DNA of 63,581 bases, the filler included, from Octopus bimaculoides (lineage: Eukaryota): the NCBI RefSeq assembly GCF_001194135.2. It is 6 parts of 3 records of this genome, joined end to end, with 100 filler letters (N's around TTAATTAATTAA, not from the genome) between each part and the next. Parts side by side here need not be neighbours in the genome. Positions count along the whole stretch, not along the records: positions 29,266 to 42,171 come from NC_068991.1; positions 42,272 to 45,920 come from NC_068986.1; positions 46,021 to 58,327 come from NC_068986.1; 3 more parts are not named here. The stretch is one strand, 5' to 3'. This document shows, one piece after another, positions 37,751 to 49,480 of the stretch. The notes under the pieces are model-generated. The model searched no databases, was not told the DNA's origin, and saw only the letters and a program-made list of their open reading frames with translations. Position 1 is the stretch's first letter. Each line of letters opens with the position of its first letter. The position numbers and the translations under genes were made by a program.

Positions 37751-38750
37751 TATTATTATTAAAATACATTACTTCTATGAAATGTGTGGAGGGCCTCTTT
37801 CTTGGTTTTTGTCCCCTAACTCACACACACATAATCACACAGCCGTGCACATATATGCTTATATGTATATATGTGTACACACACACACTCACACATATAA
37901 TGTGTGTGTTCTAGAAATTAAAAATATCATTCTTCTGCGATTTAATCTGATTCCCCTTCAGTGTCAGCAAGTGAAGGGCTTTAATTATATCACTGCACTG
38001 ACCTGTGACTAACATTGTTTTTGGTGTGTGTGTGTGTATGATGGACAGACAGTGTGTGTGTGTATGTGGGAGTGTTGGAGTGCTTTCATTTATATTTCCA
38101 CTGAGTAATAATTGTATTATTAATTAGCTGAAAATAAAAATGAATTATAAGTTAGCAGAATCTTTTAACAAGATTCCATTACGATCCTGTATTTTATATG
38201 TAAGTGTAAATCCTGCCAAAATCTACTTTGTCTTTCATTATTCTGTGCATAATGAAATAAAGTACTAATTAATAAATAATAAAATGAAGTAATAGTGAAG
38301 TACTGGAGTTGATTGAATCTTTCTCTAAATCATCCCAGATACTTCTTTATCGTCATCGAAACGTCAATGTTTCATGCTGGCCTGGGTTGGGCCATTGTGC
38401 TCTGCTCTCAACTTTAGCCTGGTTTTCACAAGTGGATACTTTGTGAATTGCCACCCACTTTACATTTACTGTACTGGGTGCTTTTTGCACATCACTAGCA
38501 TTTATCAGGTCACCATACAATTTGCCAGATTATGAACACCAAGACAGGCAGCTTTATGTTAGGAAATATCAGATTAAGGTATGAGAGATATATATATATA
38601 TATTTAGATTTATATATATTTGTACATGTAAATACACACATATATGGACAGATCATCATCATCATCATGAACATTATCACCATTTAATGTCTATGTTTCA
38701 TGCTGGAATGGGTTGAATGGTTTTTCAAGATCTGATGACTCCAAGGACCT

Positions 38751-39006
38751 CACATCACAAATTCCTTCAGGTAGATAGCCTTGCTTGATATGTGGAAAAG
38801 ACATAAGTAGAAACTCTATAACGTGTACTCAGTGCAAGCCATGGACACATAAGAGGTGCAGCAATATCAGAGGAAGGTTAACAGGGAAAATAGTCTTTGT
38901 ATGTGACAGATGTACAGGTACAATGAACACAAGAAATGTACAAAAAATAGACCCTGTCAAATGCCAGGTGCAATACTTAGAAGTAGTTGATAGCTTCCAT
39001 TACCTA
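38751..39006 (+). mobile_element. RTE-type LINE fragment, part 1 (Cys/His-rich insert within the RT region)
   Basis: CGKDISRNSITCTQCKPWTHKRCSNIRGRLTGKIVFVCDRCTG..LEVVDSFHYL. Confidence 0.85.
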
Positions 39007-39518
39007 TGTAGCGGTAGCCAGATAGTTGAATGATCTCCCTTGCAAGAAAGATTATAGAGTAACCTCCCTTTACTAAGTTTCTTGAAGCATCTGTGTCATG
39101 AGACATGATTTTTAATTATCCAAGAAGTTAGCATTTCTCTTGGAAGTTTCTAGAATGTCTAGCGTTCCATTAATAAAAAAACAGTTTGCTAACCCAGCTC
39201 TTTGCTCCTTAGTCAATTAGACTTAGAGCCATTCACATCATTGCTATGTCCCTCTATTTCTCTATGCCACATGACAGAAAGCCACCACTTAGCTGTTATT
39301 TCTATATTTCCTATCTCTAAACTTTCTTGCATAGATTACTTCATTCAACTAGATTCTCCATTTTGATTCTATGTATCATCATCGATCAGTAAATAGAATA
39401 TATTTTTATATCATAAATATATAGGTCTTGAATTTATTCTTCATATCTGTATGAATTCTTGTAATAATATACACACAGCCACAGCAACACCTTGTACTGG
39501 CTATATATTTCCACTACA
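39007..39518. mobile_element. 512-bp TG...CA element with a 4-bp TSD (solo-LTR-like) nested in the LINE
   Basis: Ends TGTAGCGG...CCACTACA; CCTA at 39003-39006 and 39519-39522. Removing the insert restores ttccattaCCTAggtgac = F-H-Y-L-G-D in frame. Confidence 0.75.
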
Positions 39519-39925
39519 CCTAGGTGACCAAGTCAGCAGTGGAGGTGGATGCTCCAAGGATATAGCTGCTAGAATAAGATTAGGGTGGGTAAAGTTCAAA
39601 GATCTACCTTTGTTGGTGATAAAGGGCCTCTCCCTCAGAGTGAAAGGCAGATTGTATGATGCCTGTGTGTGAACAGCCATGCTACATGGCAGTGAAAGAT
39701 GGGCTGTGACTGCAGAGGACATGCAAAGGCTTGAGAGAAATGAAGCCAGTATGCTCCACTAGATGTGCAATGTCAGTGTTCATGTATGACAGGAGGTTAA
39801 GTGTCTCAAGAGTTAAGTTGGAAGCATAAGAGCCATCAGATGTGGTGTACAAGGGAGATGACTGTGCTGTTGGTATGGTCATGGGATGCATATAGACGTG
39901 GACAACCATGTAAAGAAGTGCTGCC
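39519..39925 (+). mobile_element. RTE-type LINE fragment, part 2
   Basis: LGDQVSSGGGCSKDIAARIRLGWVKFKDLPLLVIKGLSLRVKGRLYDACV*TAMLHGSERWAVTAEDMQRLERNEASML..WYGH. Confidence 0.85.
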
Positions 39926-39934
39926 TCAGCTTTT

Positions 39935-40122
39935 AGGAGCCAGCAATTTTGGGGGGAGAAAGTAAGTCAATTATATAGACCCCAGTACTCAACTGGTACT
40001 TATTTTATCGACCCCTAAAGGATGAAAGGCAAGGTCAACCCGAGTAGGATTTGAACTCAGAATGTAAAGATGGACAAAATGCCACTAAGCATTTTGCTTA
40101 GAGTGTTAACGATTCTTGCCAA
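39935..40122 (-). mobile_element. SINE family B copy
   Basis: Reverse complement of the family B consensus, ending gttaacgattcttgcca. Confidence 0.8.
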
Positions 40123-40604
40123 TAATAATAATAACAACAATAATAATAATCAATAGTAACAAACAATAACAGCGACAATAGTCTTAGACTAATCTCCAAA
40201 TTATTCTGATTTATGGATGTAAATAAATGATAAAGTTACTAAAAACCAAAATGAGGGAATGATACGAGAATAGAGAAAGTTCACTTTTAAATATGGCCTT
40301 TGTTGGAAAACTATCAACTTGTGTTTATGTGTTGGCTCTAAAGAAATATAATTTTAGTTCCTCTTATAGATTATACTTAGCATCGGCAGTGATTGCTAGT
40401 CTTTTTTAAGTCAAAATAAAGCATTAGGGACCCATTGAATTTGGCAGCAGATTTAATACTTCCAATTTGGGCCTTTTGTAGAATATGCTTCTTATAATGT
40501 ACATTGTTAATTTGCTTTAATTAATTTTTGATAAAATCAGTAATTTGAAAGGATTTAGTATAACTGAATTTTTGGTGATTAAACTGGTATTTGAAAGAAG
40601 GTTT

Positions 40605-40890
40605 GGCTTATGTGGTTAAGTCGTTAGCTTCACTCAGGGCCAGCTCAAGGTCCTGGCAACTCAGGCAGTCATGCCAAGGAGGACAAAGACAAGGAAATTT
40701 CCATGACCGTCAGCTTGCCAGCAACCCTAATGCCAGCCCTGGCTTCACTACAAAAAGTATTTCAAAGTTCAGTCCCAGAGGGCAGCACCTTGAGCAAGGG
40801 TCTTTTCTGTTATAGCCCTGGGCCAGCCAAGACCTTATGAGAGAATTTGGTAGATGAAAACTGAATAGAAGCCCAGCTTCTATGTGTGTG
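40605..40890 (+). mobile_element. SINE family A 5' half, interrupted by a MITE
   Basis: ggcttatgtggttaag..[insert]..gttcagtcccagagggcagcaccttgagcaag..atagccctgggcc..gaatttggtagatgaaaactgaatagaagccc. Confidence 0.7.
40635..40741. mobile_element. 107-bp hAT-type MITE with CAGGGC TIRs and an 8-bp TSD
   Basis: TSD GCTTCACT at 40627-40634 and 40742-40749; left end CAGGGCCAGC vs reverse-complemented right end CAGGGCTGGC (8/10). Confidence 0.75.
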
Positions 40891-40949
40891 TGTGTGTGTT
40901 TTACTCGACACGTTCTTGACAGGATCATCAAACACATCATAAATGACAT

Positions 40950-41650
40950 CTCTGTTTTGTTTCAGTGCACTATTCAATTATCAGCATTTTAAAACCAAAA
41001 CACTGCACCGTTCATGTTCTGCTGCTTTTTGCAGCACTATTACTGCACCAATAGTGGCCTCCTTAGAGGAATCTTAGGAACTTCTACACTGATTTTCTGC
41101 TGCATGTAAAGCCTTTAACTCAACCATCAGCAGAAAGAAGATGGACGTGATCCACCAACCTTGCCCTAAGCAAATTTAATGTGTCAAGAAGGGATGGTTT
41201 AAAATTTCCCTGATGCTCCTATACAGGTTGATAGGGAAAACTTGAAGTATATGACATCATTTACATACCTCGGTAGTAAAGTGAATTCGAGTGCTTCCCT
41301 TGATCATGAAATCGTTGACTGTCTTCCAAAAGCAACCAACGCATTTGACAAACTCCATCATCACCTATGGAATGAAAGGGGCTACTAAACTTGATACCAA
41401 AGTACAGGTCTATAAAGCTGCCATTCTTGTATGACTTGGAATCATGGACACCTTATAAGTGACATATTAATGAACTAGACGTTTTCCACAAGGGCTGTCT
41501 CAAGACAATCTGTAGTTGTTCACTAAAAGACAGGGGTGTCTAATGTTGACCTGTTTAGCAAGTATAAGATTGGTGGAATTGAGAGCTCCCTTATGCCGTT
41601 GCAGCTTCATTCAGCCAGCCATGTCATTAGAATAAGTGATGAAAGAATAC
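40950..41650 (+). mobile_element. Decayed RTE-BovB-like LINE fragment (post-RT region)
   Basis: KKMDVIHQP, FTYLGSKVNSSASLDHEI..KATNAFDKLHHHLWNERG, KLDTKVQVYKAAIL, ESWT, FHKGCLKTI, GIESSL..QLH..SHVIRISDERIP. Confidence 0.75.
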
Positions 41651-41792
41651 CTATACACACACACATACATACATACATGTATGTGTGCATGTATATAATA
41701 AAGATTCCAACCAATGCCAGCATGGACAACAGACATTAAATGATAATGATGATGAATGACGTAAGGATGGAAATCTATAGGTTTTATTAATG

Positions 41793-42070
41793 TACAAGGT
41801 GGTATCAAAAACTTCCTGGACTAGTATATATATATATATATATATATAGCACGTAAGCAGAATTAGCAGTTGTAGTAACCAACTAAGGGATAATAATATC
41901 TGTATTTACTACTGTTACCAATTACTTGTGCTATCCCTGGGCATGGGTATGCAGGTACACTATGCTCATAGGGTGCAGGTAAGATCAGAATAAGCAAAAG
42001 TTTATCAGGAATCAAATTTAAATAATCAGAAAATGGAGAAATGACATGTCATATTTTGTATTAAATAATC
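41793..42070 (+). mobile_element. Possible mariner 5' end (TIR plus start of transposase)
   Basis: tacaaggtggtatcaaaaacttcctggactag resembles mariner TIRs; atggagaaatgacatgtcatattttgtattaaa weakly resembles an MEQRxxIKFC-type start. Confidence 0.35.
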
Positions 42071-42129
42071 AACCGATGTGGTTCAATTTGTTTGTTGATC
42101 AAAAGTTTTTCCATTTTCTGATTATTTAA

Positions 42130-42171
<42 letters not shown>

Positions 42172-42271
42172 NNNNNNNNNNNNNNNNNNNNNNNNNNNNN
42201 NNNNNNNNNNNNNNNTTAATTAATTAANNNNNNNNNNNNNNNNNNNNNNNNNNNNNNNNNNNNNNNNNNNN
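42172..42271. other. Artificial scaffold spacer N44-TTAATTAATTAA-N44
   Basis: 12-mer at 42216-42227. Confidence 0.95.
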
Positions 42272-42317
<46 letters not shown>

Positions 42318-42364
42318 TATGTGTGTGTGGGTGTGTGTGTGGGTGGGTGTATGTTCGTGTGTCT

Positions 42365-42545
42365 GTGTTTGATCGATTAACAACTGATGGTGGTGTGCTT
42401 ACGTCTCCTTAACTTACCAGTTCGGCAAAATACACCGATAGCTTAATTACTAGGCTTACAAAGTCTGAGTGTCGATTTGTTCGACTAAAGGCGTTGCTGC
42501 CGCATCGCCGCAGTAAAATGACTGAAACAAGTAAAATAATAGAAG
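42365..42545 (+). mobile_element. SINE family A 3' half
   Basis: ..ggtgtgcttacgtc..gttcggcaaaa..ctaggcttacaaag..cgactaaaggcg..atgactgaaacaagtaaaa. Confidence 0.75.
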
Positions 42546-44977
42546 AACATACTTTTATAAGTGTGGAATATTTTGGATTAGAATGTGTTCCTTTTTAGAT
42601 TAGTAATGCTAAGCGTGATATTTATTTATTTTTTTTTTGTGTATTGCATTTAATCTTTTGCTTCGGCATTGTAATGGTTTAAAATTTAGTCTAGTATTTA
42701 AAAACTCAGTACCTGTGTGTGTCCAAATGTTTGTAATAGAATTTTTTACGGGTTCGCAAAAAATGTATGTATGTTGTATGTTTTACCTGGTCAGCTTCTT
42801 TCCTACCTGTGTTTTTATGTAGCATATTTACTTTTGTTACATGAATGATAGCGCTCATTTTTCGTGCGTGTCATGGTCTTTTTAGTATAGAGAATTGCTC
42901 ATGCTGTGCTTCGATGTTCACAAAATGATGTGGGTAGGTGCAAATTTTGTTGGTCTCTATGTCTCTCTCTAAATGGTCATTGATCTCTAAGCAATTTGAT
43001 TAATATATAGTGATTTTAACCCTTATGTTTTATAGCGTTAGAGATTGTGGGCTATATGTAAATAAATATTTCTACAGTTCTGGTTCAAACGTAAATATTT
43101 TATTTTATATTATTGTAGGTTGTTCAATATATGTGAAAGTGGGGCATAATAAAAGATGTGTATGTATTCATGTATAGAAATGGGAATAAAAATAAAATTT
43201 TAATAAAAAAAATTGATTTCAAAATTCAAAATTTTAAATTAAAAAAATATAATGAAGAAAAGGGTATTCCCACTTGCATGCATACAAAAATATATATTTT
43301 TATGTGTTTTTATATAATTGTCCAAATTCAGAGATTTTCTCATATAAGTACCAAATTATAGTGTACTGTTTAAAACAAGACGGGTGCTGTGGACAATGTA
43401 TCTATTACATGGAAAAATGCGAACAAGAGAAATAATATTCTTAAGTTTATAAACCTGGAAAATTACTGAGACAAGTTATTACACTTGGAAAAGTTCACGA
43501 CAAGCTATTACATCTGGTAAAGAACAGAACAAGAATATTTTTGCTTAAAATATTGCAGCTAAGGATAAAATTTTAAATAAAATTTAGAAGAAATAAGATT
43601 TCGAAAATATTAAATTTTATTGAAACTAAAAATGTTATTACAAGTTATTACTTCTATTTGTTCTTACTTGTTACTTCTATTAAAAATTTAAAAAATAACT
43701 CAAAATATTTTTTGCAGTGTAAAAAGATTCCTTGTTTGCTAGTGAAGCAGATCCCAATGTTTTATGCCAATATGTAGCAAAAATATTAACAGTTTTTAAT
43801 TTGGTTAAGAACTGAATTGGCGAAAAAGCTCTGAATTTGCTGCGTGTGAGTAAATTGTAGCCCGAAGAATATTATTCAAATACTATCGTAGTTGAATGAC
43901 AGCCGCGCGAAAAGGAACAGAGTCTCAAACGCTTGAATTCTTTTCATCATGTTACTATTCTATCGTTGTTAGCTCGCAGCTAGGGGTAAATAGAAGACAC
44001 AATTCGGTGAAGAAAGCAGAAAACAGCGTTACGTTTATAAAAGTCAAATAAATTAGAATTGAAGTTATTCGTTACAGCAGTATTTTTAGCTAGCTGGAGT
44101 AAGTTTTAACAATATTAAAAATAACCATCAATTAAATAAGTGGCATAAACGCATTAAATGTAATTAAACAAATGCTTATTAGTTGAGATCTAACAAAACA
44201 CGAAGTTCGCCATTTTTCTCGTCATGCTATAAATAAAATAAATAATTCTACATTGTGAAATATTTTCGCATTACAGTTAAACATATAGCAAATAGAACAA
44301 AATACAAACAGAAACAGACAAAAATCTTTGAAAATACAAGAAAGTCATTTTATGAAGATGCGTAATTTCACACCGCTCTTTGCGTACGTGATAGTACAGT
44401 ACGGATCGTGTGTGTTTTTATATTTTCTTTGATCTTTAATTTGTATTCATGGCTTTTAATAGATATATATCTAAGATACGAGGTGTGAAAACTTCTGTGT
44501 TCTTCTTGATTATATATACTTGTATATGTGTGTGTGAGTGTGTGTGTGAAACATGTGCCCGCGTATGTACATGTATGTATATATGTATATATGTATATAT
44601 GTATGTACGTACGTATGTACGTATGCGTGTATGTTTGTGTATATACACACACACACATATATATATATACACATATATATATTTTATATATATACGTGTG
44701 TTTGTTAGCATGCGCGTGTGTCTATATGTGTGGCTATGCCTAGATCTGCTTGTATACGTGCGCATCTATCGCATGATATTGTCTTCAAGTCTCTGATAGC
44801 AGCAATAGTATTTTTTTATGGATTTATTCGATAGTTAAACATCTTTAAAAGAATGACGCTACCAGTGGAAACATACGCGCATACACTCGTCTACAGAGGC
44901 ATCAGCATGAAACTGAGATAGGTAATGAGAATGATGCTGAAATAAAAAAAAAGCCGAAGAAGACTGAAAATAAAAGA

Positions 44978-45031
44978 CGATGATGATGATATGATGATGA
45001 TGATAACAACGACAACGACGAAGAAAATAAC

Positions 45032-45064
<33 letters not shown>

Positions 45065-45335
45065 GGTGTAGGTGGTGGTTATGGTGGTGGTTGTGGTGGT
45101 GGTGGTGCTGATGATGATTTCGACGACGACGACGACGACGAAGACGAAGAAGAAGAAGAAGAAGAAGAACAAGAAGAAGAAGAAGAAGAAGAAGAAGAAG
45201 AAGAAGAAGAAGAAGAAGAAGAAGAAAATGTTGATGATGATAATAAAGATGACGACGACAGCGAAAATGATGATGATGAAGAGAATTATGATGATGACGT
45301 CATTCGTCGTCGTCGTCGTCATAATAGTTGTGATT
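44978..45335. repeat. Compound trinucleotide tract (GAT/GGT/GAC/GAA)n
   Basis: Direct reading; includes a long (AAG)n run at about 45141-45226. Confidence 0.9.
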
Positions 45336-45920
45336 AGAATGTCGATGGTGCTCACATAAATACCAAATGGAAAAATTAATCAAACTATTTCCATACATAC
45401 ACAAACACACACTAAGAATTAAACGATGCAAAAAAAAATCTCATAATACGCACACATGACAAACACCACATTACAACCACGCATGATAAAGATGAGTGAG
45501 AAAAAAGATAACAAATGCCGTATCAACCGAGAAGAACAACGGTAACAAAGATATCAACAGCTACCGAGTGCATTAACAAGAAGCGTTTATGAAACTAGCA
45601 ACAGGGACGAAAAAGCTACAAGAGTGTGTATATATGCGTATGTGTATGTTCTATGTAAGTATGCGTGTATGTGTGTATGTATGTTTGCACGTACACGTGT
45701 ATGCATGTACGTATACATATATACATATTTATATATATATACACACACACGTATATGTATATACATACAAATATACATACGTATATATAAGCGTATATGT
45801 ACACACATACACATATATACATACACTCACACAAACATACACACACATATATATACATATACGACGATGATATAGACATATACAAATATACACACATACC
45901 TATATATACATACATATATA

Positions 45921-46020
45921 NNNNNNNNNNNNNNNNNNNNNNNNNNNNNNNNNNNNNNNNNNNNTTAATTAATTAANNNNNNNNNNNNNNNNNNNNNNNN
46001 NNNNNNNNNNNNNNNNNNNN
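45921..46020. other. Artificial scaffold spacer N44-TTAATTAATTAA-N44
   Basis: 12-mer at 45965-45976. Confidence 0.95.
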
Positions 46021-47089
46021 TATACACACACAGAGATAGATTGATACATATATCCATACATATGTATGATGTGCATTCGTTATTGTGTGTGAATATTATC
46101 CGGTTTTTTTTTGTGTATGAATTCTACATCGTTTTGTAACAGCAATACTTTCAATTCTGGGTACTTTCTCCCAAACATAAAATGATATTTGCATTAATGT
46201 AATTTGATGTTCGTCTTGAGACTTTACCGTTATCTATCTATAAGTAGCGCATGAAATCCCATATCTAGTTGTACCATTTGTTTATGTATTGTAGAAATAC
46301 CTCATAAATTTTTATTGTTAACGTCCTTGCTAATAGCTTATGGCCATGACACATGAATTTGGAAATTTCAGATAACGAACACTCCATTTATTACGAATTT
46401 AAAAGCGCACACTATACCATACCGCTCTAATCACGGAACTGCAAAATTTAGTGAAGAAATTTCTTTTCTATTTGCATGTATTTCGATTTATTCAATATAA
46501 TAACGAATTTCCACAGGGAAGCAAATTCACTTAGTTTTTCTCCGTATAAGTAGCGAAAAGACACAACGGTGTCGCTATTTTGGTGTCAGAATGATTCAGG
46601 AGATTTAGAGATCCACAAACTCAATGAATTGGGTTCAAAGTATAACGTGTCTATAATTGTTTGCAAAATTCGTTTTCTTCGCTTCTAGCGCTTTTGCTTA
46701 CTTTTGGAATTAATAGAATTGGAATAGTATTAATTTGAATGCGTGCTGTTTCTCCTTCACGTAAACTCATATTTGTACCGAGATATATTTTTATTGGCAG
46801 CTCCAGATTATAACCTTTACATATGAAGGGCAACTAGAAAATCTTTTCTGATTTTACATTTAATGTAACGTTGCAATACTCCATATAATTTTATTGATAA
46901 CGCAGCTATTAACAGCTAATTGCCTTGATACATAAATTTGGAAGTTTGCGTAAATTGACACATTGCTTTACGTTTGTCTAATAACCGATGCTGTATCTTA
47001 ACAATATCTGCCAAAATAAAATCATTAAAAGAAAATGTGTTACTTTCTCATGGAAAGTTTAATTCAGCATCATAGCAACTGAGTTAAAT

Positions 47090-48200
47090 AGGGAATAAAT
47101 CGGTGTGTCAACAAAAATACATGATAGTATTTAGTTTGCCCGAGTTATTTCCACTTATGCATCAACGTTGACGTCGATAAATAAAAGAGATTAATCTTCA
47201 TATCAAAAATGTTTCCACGTTGTTTTTATATATAGAAACTTGCGCTTCAATGAGTGTATAACCGAACTTGAGCTTGATGGTGAATGATAACGTTTCTATC
47301 GGAAAGTTTGTGTAGAGCCAAAATTTCTTAATAGGTTCTTCACTTCAGTGATTTTTCGTTCTTCAATCGGATCTGAATATGAACATTTACCATTTTTCTC
47401 GGATATCAAATAATTTTCTCGCAGAATAGTTCTGCAACGAATTATGTCACAACGAAGTGAAGTAGAAATACTTTTATCTAAACAAAAAAGAAAAAAATCA
47501 ATCATTAGCTTCGAGATTTTCAGATTCTAAGTGGATGCTTCAATTACCTTATCGTTTCGATATTTCGTCTGAATTGAATGAGTTAAATATCACTCTACAA
47601 CGCTGTGATCAAACAATTATTGGTTTAATAGAGAAAATAAATGCGTTTAAAGGATAGCTTAAATGGTGGAAAACGAAAGTAGAGTAAGGAAAAACTTCAT
47701 CTTTTCCAGCATTCAATCAACTGGAAGAAGATTACCGAAATAATTTTAATGACATACAGAATATCATCATGAGCCATCTAGCAAAATTGATAACAGAATT
47801 TAATCATTACATTCGGACCGAAGAAGCTGAGAAATACTATTTGGTGTGAATTCTATTTAGTACTGACAATATCGATTTGTATGATGATTTTTGTCAACAT
47901 TAATAAATTTCAAGAAAAGTTTACTGGAGTTCAAAATACAAATATATAAATATCTAATCTATCAGTGATTTCTGATTGACAGTTGAGAAAGAAAACCGGT
48001 CGTTGGCAATAAATCAATGGAGTTTTTTTTTTCTTCCTTTTGCTACTATATACTTGTATGAATCGAGGTTTTTAACTTTAACAAATATAAAATACACTTT
48101 AAGAAATACATCATAGCCAGAAGATGATTTAAGATAAAGCTTTTTGAAGATGAAAGTTAGACTTTGTACTGTAGCCTAAATCAAAGTTCTCACGAATTTA
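47090..48200 (+). mobile_element. Decayed hAT transposase of the Buster/Charlie (ZBED5/FAM200-like) type, C-terminal two-thirds
   Basis: Plus-strand pieces: IGSEYEHL, LSRRIVLQRI..RSEV (WLSRGKVLxRxxxLR-like), FSDSKWMLQLPY-FDISSELNELNITLQ, IEKINAFKG*LKWWKTKVE*G..SFP, HLAKLITEFNHY, FLPFATIYLYESRFLTLTNIK..RN..EDDLR (hAT dimerisation motif LLPFxTTYLCExxFSxLxxIKxKxRNRLxxExDLR). Confidence 0.7.
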
Positions 48201-49189
48201 CATTAATATGCAAATGCTTTCATGAAACGCAGGTAAAGACATTTGGAACATTGCCAGAAATCGAGAAAATCAGAGTTATATAGAGACGGAAACATTAGTG
48301 ATGAAAGTGCCATTTTAAAATTAATTTTGTTAAATCTTCGTATTACATATTTATATAATTAACTAAACTTCTTCGCGTAAGTAAGCAAAATGTTCTTGTA
48401 ACAAGTAAATCTTATTTATTGAAAAGTAACAGGATGTTATAGTTGTATATACACGCTATGATGTTTCAAAAAGTTTATCAATACATATTTTTAAAAAGTA
48501 TACGTCATCGAAAAAAAAATTATAATTGTAAAACTAATTAGCAGCAAATTTAGTTTCGAACAATAAAATTCAGTTTCAATATTTGGTAGACTGAGGGTGA
48601 AAACTTGACGAAATCATTCATTATTCTTCTGTTAATAAATTAGCTGTTCTTCCTTAATTAGATATTAAATCACTACTTAATTTTGTTTTTAAATTTTATC
48701 TGTAATAATAAAGTCTATGAAACATGACCTATTCTGAGTAGATATTCTGGTCGTCATTGCATAGACTCCAAAATCCACCACGTCTTCGAAAATCAGAAGC
48801 ACATAATTCAATAGCCACAGAGACTGGGAAATCTAGGTAGAATGGATGTAGATATATTCATTGTACGGCAGGATAACTTACCATATGTGATTCAAGAAGT
48901 ACCAACATCACTGCAGGCAACGCTACTGAGAGCAACAAAATGCAAAGTGCTCTAGCGTGCACTCAGCCATTGAGCCAAAATTAATAACCGATAGAGGAAT
49001 AAAAGGATAATAGTTAAAGAACTGTTGTTTAAGATTGTTTAAGACTTACTTTTTTCGTGTCTGTTTAGTCATACGACATTCCTGATCCAAGAGACGTAAG
49101 TTCAAAGAGAGTTCACTTGTTATCAATCCGTCATTTATTACTTATAAGATCACAAAGGTAGCGAGCTGAGAGAATCTTTAACATTACCA

Positions 49190-49350
49190 AAATCATTAAG
49201 TATATTTCGTCCGTTTTTACGTTGAAACTAAGTGGAGGTCGACTTAACATTTTATCCTTTCGGAGATAATGAAATAAAGACCAGTTTAGCAATGGCAATT
49301 GACTCCACCACCCCTCAAAATTGCTGGTATTGTGCCTAAGTAAGAAAGGG
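49190..49350 (+). mobile_element. Decayed SINE family B copy
   Basis: atttcgtccgtttttacgtt..gaggtcgact..tcctttcggag..aaaattgctggtattgtgcctaa. Confidence 0.6.
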
Positions 49351-49364
49351 TTATATACAAGACC

Positions 49365-49480
49365 ACATGGCTCCATGGTTAGAATGTCGGGCTCTCAATC
49401 ATGAGGTAGTGAGTTCGGGTTGCGTTGTGCTCTAGAACAAGACACTTTATTTCCGTTGTTTCACTTCACTCATCTAAGTA
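49365..49480 (+). mobile_element. tRNA-derived SINE head (family C/D type)
   Basis: tggctccatggttagaatgtcgggctctcaatcatgaggtagtgagttcg (A/B boxes) followed by tgtgctctagaacaagacactttattt. Confidence 0.6.
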
